From: a virus
Taxonomy: Duplodnaviria > Caudoviricetes
Strand: one strand, 5' to 3'
DNA: 35,401 nt
IMG/VR virus record: IMGVR_UViG_3300032253_000023
Span: 1 to 35,401 of that record
Shown here: piece after piece, positions 27,004-34,695 of the stretch
Position numbering within the stretch: position 1 is the first letter of the stretch
Layout of the letters: each line of letters begins with the position of its first letter
Translations under genes and position numbers: made by a program
The notes under the pieces: generated by a model
The model's input: only the letters and a program-made list of their open reading frames with translations
What the model was told of the DNA's origin: nothing
The model's database searches: none

Positions 27004-28748
27004 AATGTTGCAATCCCAACTGAGTACACATGGCCACTAACAAAATTACCTACCCCATTCAATGATCCAGTTTGGATTCTTGTCGGCTCTGTAAAATCAA
27101 TGGTGTTAGCGTGCCCTGTTCCTGCCGCTGAATTTACTGTTATTCCTATTCCGTCAACATCATGATAAGTACCTTCGATAACGTATTCTGCGTCGTAATC
27201 AAGGGCTAATGTGTACGTTGCGTCGTATATTGTACTAACCCGTTTACGCACTATAAATTTTGTTCCGTCATGTAATATTGCAAGATAATTTGTCGAATTT
27301 GTGTATAAGCAAACAATACAAATAACCGCTGAATAATCTGTGCGAATAGGTTTAAAAGTAGCTGATAGCTTAATATTATTTACAACTCCAGCAGGGTAAG
27401 AATCTCTTAGATCGGACTTAATCATTGATAATGCAGCGCCTGAAGTCAAGATTGGTGTCGGAAATAATTCCCCGTCTTGTGCGCAGTCAATCACAATCGA
27501 CCCTGTTGCTGACACTTGAGTAGTTCCAAGTGCTGCTGTTACAGCAGGGTAAACTTTAAATTCGGCAGTAGTATTACCTGAAGTGTTATTAGTTACTTGA
27601 ACTCCCATCCACCACCACAATCCCTCATCTTTCACAACATGGTCAACAGTGCCCACATTCAATCTTACGTTCGTTGATCCAGTTTCAGTATTTAGTTGTA
27701 CACCTATATATTGCTCTGTTCCTCCTGACAGTCTTAATTGTATTTCTGGGTATCTGCTTATGTCGCTATCTTTTAAAATAAAAATCGACTTGTAATGTGT
27801 CGCATTATCATTAGCTATAGCCAGCGAATGTGTAATATATTCATACCCTGCTGTGTTATTATCCTCTAATGTTGTCGCTGTGTTTTCAGCGTTGTCTATG
27901 CCATTTTGATCTTGTGTCAACACTGGTGATAACACAGTTCCCCAAGTGCTGAAATCCCTTGCGTATGTGATGTTATTAGTGATTGTTGGCTCTATAAGCA
28001 AGCCCTCTAACGTGCTGAGTGCAGCTCCTGTCGCCTCAGTTACGACATTACCCGAAACAGTATTTCCATTTTCAGTAGAGAAAAATTTAACTCCGTCAAC
28101 TACTGCACCGTGATACGGGCTTGAAAGAACATCGACACTTACATACTCGTCAGGAATAACCTGTTGAGCAGTGACATAAGAAATCTTATCCTGAAGTTGA
28201 TGCTTATCAAAAGTAATCTCGTCCCCGCTTGTGACTATACGAACTCCAAATGCTGAATTTGTTACTGCACTTTGAGCAATGCTGAATGTTTCTTCTACGC
28301 CTGATAATGTGATCGTTGTCCAAGTAGTACCACCGTCAACAGTTAAATCAATGTCACCTGTTCCGGTTACACGCTGGATATCCACACGGTAAACAGCTTT
28401 GTCATTTACCCCTGTCCATGTCTGTAGGCAAGTTGCATTTGCTGCATCGGCTGTTAAAGTCGTTCCACTTGGGGTACAGTTAGTCTTAACCCAAACCGCA
28501 TTACTTAAATCTTCCGTATATCGTGCTAAATTTATAACGACACGAGCACCAGTAAATTTAGGCACGTTTGTTGGCAGAAGTTGGTAGTAACCGTCTGAGT
28601 TTTTAAAATATCCACCGCCAGACGTGAACGAAATCAGTGAACCTACCGCCGGAATTATAGACGTTTTATTGAAGCGCGAGAATAAATAGCTTATTAACGA
28701 CTTACCAAGGCCGATATATCTGAGATCAAACCCAATGCCAATGTTCAT
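27000..28748 (-). CDS. Head spike/fibre-like protein with carbohydrate-binding-like and LamG-like regions
   Basis: NLARYTEDLSNAVW, GLLIEPTITNNITYARDFSTW and PTPILTSGAA motifs typical of phage spike/fibre proteins. Confidence 0.65.
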   Translation of the reverse strand: MNIGIGFDLRYIGLGKSLISYLFSRFNKTSIIPAVGSLISFTSGGGYFKNSDGYYQLLPTNVPKFTGARVVINLARYTEDLSNAVWVKTNCTPSGTTLTADAANATCLQTWTGVNDKAVYRVDIQRVTGTGDIDLTVDGGTTWTTITLSGVEETFSIAQSAVTNSAFGVRIVTSGDEITFDKHQLQDKISYVTAQQVIPDEYVSVDVLSSPYHGAVVDGVKFFSTENGNTVSGNVVTEATGAALSTLEGLLIEPTITNNITYARDFSTWGTVLSPVLTQDQNGIDNAENTATTLEDNNTAGYEYITHSLAIANDNATHYKSIFILKDSDISRYPEIQLRLSGGTEQYIGVQLNTETGSTNVRLNVGTVDHVVKDEGLWWWMGVQVTNNTSGNTTAEFKVYPAVTAALGTTQVSATGSIVIDCAQDGELFPTPILTSGAALSMIKSDLRDSYPAGVVNNIKLSATFKPIRTDYSAVICIVCLYTNSTNYLAILHDGTKFIVRKRVSTIYDATYTLALDYDAEYVIEGTYHDVDGIGITVNSAAGTGHANTIDFTEPTRIQTGSLNGVGNFVSGHVYSVGIATL

Positions 28749-29062
28749 AGCAGGCCTTTTATGTTCCCGTCTAGTCCGCCGCTGGTTGATTCGCCAATTC
28801 GCTTAACCGGGAATGGTATGATTTCAGGTATTGCAGCTTCCCATATTTCAACTGTATCACTACCAAATGCCATAATGTAGTAAGTCCCCGCAGAATTTAG
28901 CTTGATCGCTTTTGGGATTTTGGTTAAATCGACTGTATCGCTCCACTGGCCCACCGGAATATCAAAATAATCAGTTGCTTGGTTGCGTACATCGTGCGTC
29001 TGATTTGCTATATTACCATCTGTGTGACCTGGATTTAAGCGTACATTGCTCACTGTTGACAT
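28745..29062 (-). CDS. Small structural protein (spike-base-like)
   Basis: 105 aa with IIPFPVKRI; first late gene, coupled to the spike-like gene. Confidence 0.5.
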   Translation of the reverse strand: MSTVSNVRLNPGHTDGNIANQTHDVRNQATDYFDIPVGQWSDTVDLTKIPKAIKLNSAGTYYIMAFGSDTVEIWEAAIPEIIPFPVKRIGESTSGGLDGNIKGLL

Positions 29063-29080
29063 GTGGAATTTTCCTTGGGC

Positions 29081-29108
29081 ATAAAAAAACCGCTCAAATT
29101 AGAACGGC
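29081..29108 (-). terminator. tR'-like terminator between late promoter and first late gene
   Basis: GCCGTTC-TAATTT-GAGCGGT-TTTTTT. Confidence 0.7.
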
Positions 29109-29150
29109 CTTTTGTTGTAGTTTATAAGCAGGCTTATAATTTATACTAAT

Positions 29151-29179
29151 ATTTTATGCCTGCATTGCTGTTTTGTCAA
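29151..29179 (-). promoter_or_regulatory. Late promoter candidate TTGACA-17-TAAAAT
   Basis: Consensus -35, 17-bp spacer, upstream of the morphogenesis operon. Confidence 0.75.
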
Positions 29180-29194
29180 TAAATCGGCAAATTG

Positions 29195-29545
29195 TTATGG
29201 CTTAATACCATTAATAGCTTTAATCACGCTAACTAAATCCATATTTTCAGTTGTTTGTCGATATACTTCAACCTCTTTAGTCATGTCTGAGGGCATTCTA
29301 GCTGGCTGGGACGCTACAGGTATTTTATTTTCAACTTCTTCCGTAATAACAATCGTGTATCGTTTTCCGCTCATTTTTGAATCCTCTTTTTGTTCATCTG
29401 GTTTTAGTCCTTTGCATTGTGGGCAACCATATCCAGAAGACCCATATGCCGCAGTATTATAATATACATGTAAAATGTTACGCTTTCCGCAGCACTTACA
29501 AGTAAAGTCAACTAATTGATTGCTATAAATATCTCTCAATGACAT
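29195..29545 (-). CDS. Zn-ribbon protein (CKCC...CPQC) with a possible internal start at 29374
   Basis: Two Cys pairs; GAGGA RBS before internal MSGKRY. Confidence 0.6.
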   Translation of the reverse strand: MSLRDIYSNQLVDFTCKCCGKRNILHVYYNTAAYGSSGYGCPQCKGLKPDEQKEDSKMSGKRYTIVITEEVENKIPVASQPARMPSDMTKEVEVYRQTTENMDLVSVIKAINGIKP

Positions 29546-29547
29546 CT

Positions 29548-29919
29548 TTAGGACTCCATATGGCCAAAATTCATACTGCATATAGTAATTCGGTCATTAC
29601 GCGACCATATTTTAGTTATTCTTAAGTCACTTATATGGCTATCATTTTTGTAAATAGCGTCAAGAAGGGCTTTTGTCAAATTGTCCACGTCCGGAGTTTG
29701 TTCATGAGGTTGCATGTCCATGGACTCTTTTTTCTTTTTTGACCAACTTTTAGGCATTTTAATTTGAAATGTAACATGATCACCAGTGTTAACCTGTATA
29801 TTATTTATTCTAACTTCCTCGCAAAACGCCCAATACCGTAAAACAATTGGTCGTTTTTTCCACTTATCCCCCAGTGTCATTCTAGGCTTCGGAACCGGCG
29901 TTATATCATAGCTTTTCAT
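29548..29919 (-). CDS. rusA: RusA-like Holliday junction resolvase
   Basis: PVPKPRMT; PDVDNLTKALLDAIYKNDSHI catalytic motif. Confidence 0.88.
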   Translation of the reverse strand: MKSYDITPVPKPRMTLGDKWKKRPIVLRYWAFCEEVRINNIQVNTGDHVTFQIKMPKSWSKKKKESMDMQPHEQTPDVDNLTKALLDAIYKNDSHISDLRITKIWSRNDRITICSMNFGHMES

Positions 29920-30262
29920 ATCGCCCACCAATTAACTCATATCCCGCTTTTTCAAAAACGTTAACATCAAGCATTATGCATATAACCTGCAATAATTTTA
30001 TTTGAGGGTCGAATTTTAATTCCCACGTTTCAACCCCAATAGTGTGAATGCCATGCTTACCTCGATGCCACTCTACTGATAGTGGTATAACGAGCCAATC
30101 GCTATTTTTCTTACTTAAGCTTGTATGTATTCCTAATTTGCTCAAGCTGCCGCTTTTACAATGATGAATTTCGGCATCATCACTAGAACTCACCAGACAC
30201 CCAATGGACGCGACATTTTCCCAATGTTCAAGTATTTCTTTGTATGGTTTCTTTTTAGCCAT
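29906..30262 (-). CDS. Ref/DUF968-like HNH nuclease-type protein
   Basis: VASIGCLV...AEIHH...SDWLVIPLSVEWHRGKHGIH...WE. Confidence 0.75.
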   Translation of the reverse strand: MAKKKPYKEILEHWENVASIGCLVSSSDDAEIHHCKSGSLSKLGIHTSLSKKNSDWLVIPLSVEWHRGKHGIHTIGVETWELKFDPQIKLLQVICIMLDVNVFEKAGYELIGGRYEKL

Positions 30263-30672
30263 TACTTTGATTTCTCCGTTTTACCGCTAATCGCATCAAC
30301 AACAGCTTTAGACATCACCCGCTTAACATCCCATACATGGCCACAATCCTCGTTCTTACACTCCTTACCCTCAAACTCATGTTCGCCGCTATCGTCACGC
30401 CAGTCGTCGTTTACACAGTTTATATCACCGCAATCGGGGCATTTAGGGACTAACTTCATTTGCTCGTCGACTAAAATGACATAAATGTCAAGCTCATGGT
30501 CGATACACTTATAACGAGTGGAATCACTTACTAGTACTTCTCTAACTGTGCAAGTATTTCCATTCCAGCGAGAACCTTCGATAACAGCCTCTACAACATC
30601 CCCAACATCAAAATTACTCATCGATTCTCTTAATTTTAATCCTACCATTAGTATGTTAATTCCTTTATGCAA
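30262..30672 (-). CDS. Hypothetical protein with KOW-like and Zn-ribbon parts (start uncertain)
   Basis: FDVGDVV; CPDCG...CKNEDCGHVW. Confidence 0.6.
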   Translation of the reverse strand: MHKGINILMVGLKLRESMSNFDVGDVVEAVIEGSRWNGNTCTVREVLVSDSTRYKCIDHELDIYVILVDEQMKLVPKCPDCGDINCVNDDWRDDSGEHEFEGKECKNEDCGHVWDVKRVMSKAVVDAISGKTEKSK

Positions 30673-30724
30673 AATTACGTCAAATCGACGTGTTAAAATG
30701 TTTCACTTTGATATCTACTTAGTG

Positions 30725-31003
30725 TTATACAGACTCGTTTTTCCGCTCTTCTGCAAGCTGCTTTAAGATCAAATCAAACGCTTTACTTGCACCTGCTGTT
30801 TTCCATTCTTTAAATAAAAATAGCATCGAGATAAAAGTAAAATAGTTGTCTGTTGACGCATCCCATTTTCCTGTTCGCTCCCAGCGACTCCACATATCGT
30901 AAGCTTTCTTTCCCTCGAAATCGAAAAGTAGCTTACCTGCCTCAGTGGGCGTGAGGCCCAGCGCCTCACGCACTTGTTTTGCTTTGTTAGCTTGTGCGGC
31001 CAC
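30725..31003 (-). CDS. XRE-type helix-turn-helix protein
   Basis: VREALGLTPTEAGKLL...WSRWERTG. Confidence 0.8.
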   Translation of the reverse strand: MAAQANKAKQVREALGLTPTEAGKLLFDFEGKKAYDMWSRWERTGKWDASTDNYFTFISMLFLFKEWKTAGASKAFDLILKQLAEERKNESV

Positions 31004-31224
31004 TACTCAGCCTCATTCGCTATCTTAACTACAAACTCTGAAACTTCGTCGAATGTTGGGTTCATTTCTCCGTTTTTACTTAACTGACAATCATATTGCT
31101 GATTAAAACACCCGTTCAGTCGTTGCACTTCACAGATATCCCCGCTATCAAGCTCAATAACAACGGTGTCCGTACCATCTTCTTGACCATCATACTGAAT
31201 AGTATCAATTTTTAATGCTTTCAT
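31003..31224 (-). CDS. Small acidic hypothetical protein coupled to the HTH gene
   Basis: AGGAGG RBS; stop overlaps the HTH start by 1 nt. Confidence 0.75.
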   Translation of the reverse strand: MKALKIDTIQYDGQEDGTDTVVIELDSGDICEVQRLNGCFNQQYDCQLSKNGEMNPTFDEVSEFVVKIANEAE

Positions 31225-31274
31225 GTCTCTGCCTCCTTTCTGGCTTTGGAGTTATTTCCTCAGTCCATATAAAG

Positions 31275-31302
31275 AGTATATACTACTTTAAGTAGTATAC
31301 AA
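31275..31302 (-). promoter_or_regulatory. Promoter TTGTAT-16-TATACT overlapped by a 21-bp palindromic operator TATACTACTT-T-AAGTAGTATA (31279-31299)
   Basis: Perfect 10-bp inverted arms read from the sequence. Confidence 0.65.
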
Positions 31303-31340
31303 GTGGCTTAATGCAAATATCCGAAAATAAATTCACGTCT

Positions 31341-31402
31341 ATATAACAAGCCAAATACACAGCGACAACAAAAAGCGTTGCGCGTGATTTGCAACGTTAT
31401 GT
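31341..31402 (+). mobile_element. Integron attC-like recombination site (62 bp)
   Basis: ATATAAC-5bp-AAATACAC ... GTGATTT-5bp-GTTATGT: R''/L''/L'/R' geometry with one extra base in L''. Confidence 0.6.
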
Positions 31403-31403
31403 G

Positions 31404-31589
31404 TCACTGATTTTCGTCATTATCAAAATATATAACTAGGCTACAGTCATCATCTAGCGGCATAACCTCAAGTGCATGAACTTCTATTTGGGCTTTAAAA
31501 TCTTCATTTGCGTCACCAATAACTACATCAATATCCCCATACTCACGGCGCACATCTAAAATCCTTCTGACTAATTCATCAATTTTCAT
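31404..31589 (-). CDS. Small hypothetical phage protein
   Basis: 61 aa MKIDELV...YGDIDV pattern; AAGG RBS. Confidence 0.65.
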   Translation of the reverse strand: MKIDELVRRILDVRREYGDIDVVIGDANEDFKAQIEVHALEVMPLDDDCSLVIYFDNDENQ

Positions 31590-31591
31590 AT

Positions 31592-31880
31592 TCAGTTACC
31601 TTTCAATAAAATGATAGCCATTTGCTTAGTGTATTCGGCGTACTCTATCTCGCTTCTTATCTCAATCCACGATCGTCTGCCTTCGATGACAAGCGTCGCA
31701 ACCTCACTTGGTGATTTACAGTAAAAATTTCCCATTCTCATCAACCCATTGTTTACCAGTTCTAAAAATATTATATATATTTTCATGCCATTGGGCTTTC
31801 TTTTTAGTGCCATCTGCAAGAGTTAACATTACAAATCGATCATCGTCAGGAGTTGTTTTTGTTTGGCTCCACTTTTCCAT
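31592..31880 (-). other. Gene apparently split across two frames (54-aa ORF 31880-31716 plus downstream frame to 31592)
   Basis: GAGGA RBS at 31880; frames overlap at GGG AAA TTT TTA CTG TAA. Confidence 0.4.
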
Positions 31881-31965
31881 AGCTATTCCTCATTTAATAA
31901 TCGACTATATAATTTCAGTTATTCCAATTTTTCGACACACTTAACATTCAGTTTCCTTTTAAAAA

Positions 31966-32074
31966 TGGTGGGCGCACTTCTAACGGAGATCAAACCGCTA
32001 ACTTGGTAAGTGACAGCACATACTCCAGCGAGATTTTACTAGTATTCCCCCTCAAGCAGTTACTACTAACGCCC
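31966..32074 (-). ncRNA. tRNA-like structured element ending in ACCA
   Basis: 5' GGGCGT pairs with GCGCCC-ACCA 3'; internal hairpins; not a canonical cloverleaf. Confidence 0.3.
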
Positions 32075-32109
32075 ATTGATCGTTTTCCTGCATACAAGCA
32101 AACGTTATT

Positions 32110-32580
32110 TTAACTATTCTGCTCATCTGTTAATTTTCTATACTCGGAATCTTTAGGTTGTAGCAATATTATCCCCCTGTTCGCCGCAAATTCCTCATGT
32201 TTCTGCATAGCAAAAAACCGCTCGCCTTTCGTTGCTGGCCTTAGCCCTTCCCGCCCTGACTTTGACCAGCTCAATCGCCTACCTTCTTTATCAACTCCAA
32301 GGTGCTGTGCTGTGAACAACTCATGAGCATCGTTTTGATCGAATGGCCTTGACCCGTAATTACTGCCATCTTTCATAACCATTAAAGGCATCATTACACC
32401 ACTTTCATACATAAAGCTTGCCGTACTACTCATCCAGCTACGCCATAACCTAGTCATTGTCCATTTCCCAATCGCCTCGTTTTGCGTAGTTATAATTAAA
32501 TTCGGACTCTCTTCGAGTTCAACACTTAATTCATTAATCAAATTATTAAGCGTGAATTTGTTAAGGTGAAAATCTTTCAT
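32110..32580 (-). CDS. Hypothetical protein, possibly NinB/Orf-like
   Basis: RLWRSWM helix, HELF, ends ILLQPKDSEY; follows the recombination genes. Confidence 0.45.
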   Translation of the reverse strand: MKDFHLNKFTLNNLINELSVELEESPNLIITTQNEAIGKWTMTRLWRSWMSSTASFMYESGVMMPLMVMKDGSNYGSRPFDQNDAHELFTAQHLGVDKEGRRLSWSKSGREGLRPATKGERFFAMQKHEEFAANRGIILLQPKDSEYRKLTDEQNS

Positions 32581-33279
32581 TTAGCTTTCTGCCACATCTA
32601 TCGCCGGTACGACTTCATTATTAAAATTCATCCGGTTATAAATTCTTCTAATCGTTTCAACATCATAATTATTATAGTTAATAATCTTTTCAAAGTTACC
32701 ATCTATATAATGTTGACCAACGTTTGCCCCGCTTATATCGCTAGGTTTTTGCTCTATACCCAAAATAAAGCATAAATTGTCCTGACTTATTCGATTACCT
32801 CGTCCAGCCCATTCGAACATCGTATCAAAAACTTTTTTATCCCAAGGGTTAGGATTTACAGGCAAACCATCAGGCAAAGTTACACCGTTAATAATGCATC
32901 GTTTATAAATAAAAGGCAGATCGAAAGCCGCTACATTATGCCCAACCCATTGATCTATTTTTCTTTGTCCTAAATCTTTACTTAAACCCATAGCAAACCC
33001 GTTTAGGAAGATACTTTCAGACTCTCCTTGGTACCTAAAAACGTTATTAACAGCCCCATCATTCAAGGCATAAGAGATTGATATAATTTCCCCAAAGTCA
33101 CCACTTAAAGATGTTTTATCAAGACTCTCTTTTACTGCTATTCCTGACTTATCTTTCCACCAAGCGTCAATAGATTCCTTCTTCTTAATATTCCCTGGCG
33201 GCTTAATTGTCTTATTAAAATGTTCGGTTAAATCTGTTCGTGTTGATTTTATTGTCTCAATATCTATAAAACATATCAT
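32581..33279 (-). CDS. DnaQ/PolB-like 3'-5' exonuclease
   Basis: ExoI DIET, ExoII GHNVAAFD, ExoIII YNNYDV. Confidence 0.88.
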   Translation of the reverse strand: MICFIDIETIKSTRTDLTEHFNKTIKPPGNIKKKESIDAWWKDKSGIAVKESLDKTSLSGDFGEIISISYALNDGAVNNVFRYQGESESIFLNGFAMGLSKDLGQRKIDQWVGHNVAAFDLPFIYKRCIINGVTLPDGLPVNPNPWDKKVFDTMFEWAGRGNRISQDNLCFILGIEQKPSDISGANVGQHYIDGNFEKIINYNNYDVETIRRIYNRMNFNNEVVPAIDVAES

Positions 33280-33851
33280 TTTGTTTTCTCCGTTATTAAA
33301 ATTTTATAATCAAATCTTGGCTGTCCGTTATTATCTCTCGCCCTTAACCTTTTAACTCTTCCGCTTTCATCGCTATCCAAATACCATGCCCATTCCTTAA
33401 TTTTTAAATTCCAAGTAGCTTTCGGCTTTGGTTTTGCCGTGTAATCTATTTCATCATTCCATTTGTCAGGTTTATTTTTATCACCTAACAATTTAATACT
33501 AATAACAGGGAAATCGTAAAGTTCAATCCCAATACCCCAATTAAAACAAGCACGCTTAAAACTGTCGCTGGCTAGCCCTTTTTTTGCTTCTGTATTGCTT
33601 TCTGTGCCCGTATCTTCTTTGCCCACCCAATGCCCATGGTCAGCATCGTAAACACTAACAGTGCAGTTTTGATTATCCCTAGAGTGTTCGCGCTTCCACC
33701 CTAACCGACCACATACGCTATTCAATCTATTTATATCGGTTCGCGCGTCTTTATACGCCAAGATAGTCGCATACCCGCCGTTATTAATTGACTGAACTCT
33801 AAACTCAATTTCATCAACTTTTAGAGGTCTTTGTAAATCATCTATGTTCAC
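33276..33851 (-). CDS. Sak/Rad52-family single-strand annealing protein
   Basis: LAYKDAR...RLNSVCG...W; KGLASDSFKRACFNWGIGIELY. Confidence 0.88.
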   Translation of the reverse strand: MNIDDLQRPLKVDEIEFRVQSINNGGYATILAYKDARTDINRLNSVCGRLGWKREHSRDNQNCTVSVYDADHGHWVGKEDTGTESNTEAKKGLASDSFKRACFNWGIGIELYDFPVISIKLLGDKNKPDKWNDEIDYTAKPKPKATWNLKIKEWAWYLDSDESGRVKRLRARDNNGQPRFDYKILITEKTK

Positions 33852-33987
33852 GAGTCGCGTACTCCATGTTTTGTTCTTGCTGATACTGTGCCGAATAACC
33901 TCTCAAATAATCCTCACTCGGGTTATCCATCGGCTGATTCCCTTCCTTACAATCTTTTTGTCCTTTCAAAAACTCTTCTGTATCCAT
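33838..33987 (-). CDS. 49-aa hypothetical protein MDTEEFLKGQKDCKEG...YLRGY, not in the ORF track
   Basis: Translated by hand; GAGGG RBS; TGATG overlap. Confidence 0.65.
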   Translation of the reverse strand: MDTEEFLKGQKDCKEGNQPMDNPSEDYLRGYSAQYQQEQNMEYATREHR

Positions 33988-34193
33988 CAATATCCCTCAA
34001 TCGCTATTTTTATTTTGTTTGTAACTCTGTGCAATTTATCCTCACTTAACCGCGCTTTTTTATTAGCCCGATCAGTTTCGTAAACCTTTTCGTTGACATA
34101 CTCCGACAGATTTCGACGACTGATGTATAGGTATATTCCTGCTAGTATTAAAAATACCTGGGCACATGCTAGTGTGATTAGTGCTGTTAACAT
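33987..34193 (-). CDS. Small TM plus coiled-coil protein
   Basis: Hydrophobic N-terminus; GAGGA RBS. Confidence 0.65.
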   Translation of the reverse strand: MLTALITLACAQVFLILAGIYLYISRRNLSEYVNEKVYETDRANKKARLSEDKLHRVTNKIKIAIEGY

Positions 34194-34195
34194 GA

Positions 34196-34318
34196 TTACT
34201 CATCCTCTTTTATATTGTATTTCTCTAATAAATTACCATTCATGACTTCGCCTCCAATCGTGTAAAAGAAAAATGCCGCACCAACGATTAAAACTAAGTC
34301 TACAAATAAGCTGAACAT
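34196..34318 (-). CDS. 40-aa single-TM peptide MFSLFVDLVLIVGAAFFFY..., not in the ORF track
   Basis: Translated by hand; AAGGA RBS; first gene after the leftward promoter. Confidence 0.6.
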   Translation of the reverse strand: MFSLFVDLVLIVGAAFFFYTIGGEVMNGNLLEKYNIKEDE

Positions 34319-34341
34319 TTCAAGTCCTTTAATTTATCTCA

Positions 34342-34411
34342 CAACCCAAGCTTAGCACCCTTAAAATTACTTGTCAACTTGGGTTGAAATATAATTGTAG
34401 TTGTGTATAAT
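34342..34411. promoter_or_regulatory. Divergent promoters (leftward TTGACA-17-TAAGCT 34377-34349; rightward TTGAAA-16-TATAAT 34384-34411) with inverted repeat CAACCCAAG/CTTGGGTTG
   Basis: Hexamers and 9-bp inverted repeat (34342-34350, 34378-34386) read directly. Confidence 0.7.
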
Positions 34412-34440
34412 TGTTTTATCAACTATACGAAAGGTGGATT

Positions 34441-34692
34441 ATGAAAACAAAACAGGTAATAGCATACTACAACAACATCGAGAACATTGCCTTAGTGCTA
34501 GGTATCAATCAAAGCGCGGTCTACAAGTGGGGCGATGATGTTCCAGACGGTCGAGCATACCAGCTTCATGATCTCTCTAACGGTGATCTGAAATTTAACG
34601 GTGTATTTACAGCTAAACAACGACGGTACGCTAAAAAAGTACACGAGCATACTGTAGAGAAGAATAAACTAAACAAACCAAAAAGGACTTAG
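34441..34692 (+). CDS. cro: Cro-like HTH regulator
   Basis: MKTKQVIAYY...IALVLGINQSAVYKWGDDVPDGRAYQL...GDLK matches the P22 Cro/DicC pattern; AAGGTGG RBS. Confidence 0.85.
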   Translation: MKTKQVIAYYNNIENIALVLGINQSAVYKWGDDVPDGRAYQLHDLSNGDLKFNGVFTAKQRRYAKKVHEHTVEKNKLNKPKRT

Positions 34693-34695
34693 ATT

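Noticed and set aside
8046-28587. Numerous plus-strand ORFs inside structural genes (e.g. 8580-8966, 20000-20629, 23717-24190, 26182-26571)
   Set aside because: Antisense shadows of well-supported minus-strand genes, without RBS or protein-like motifs
31966-32074. Canonical tRNA gene
   Set aside because: Too long, no proper D arm or GTTC T-loop next to the acceptor stem; kept only as a tRNA-like element
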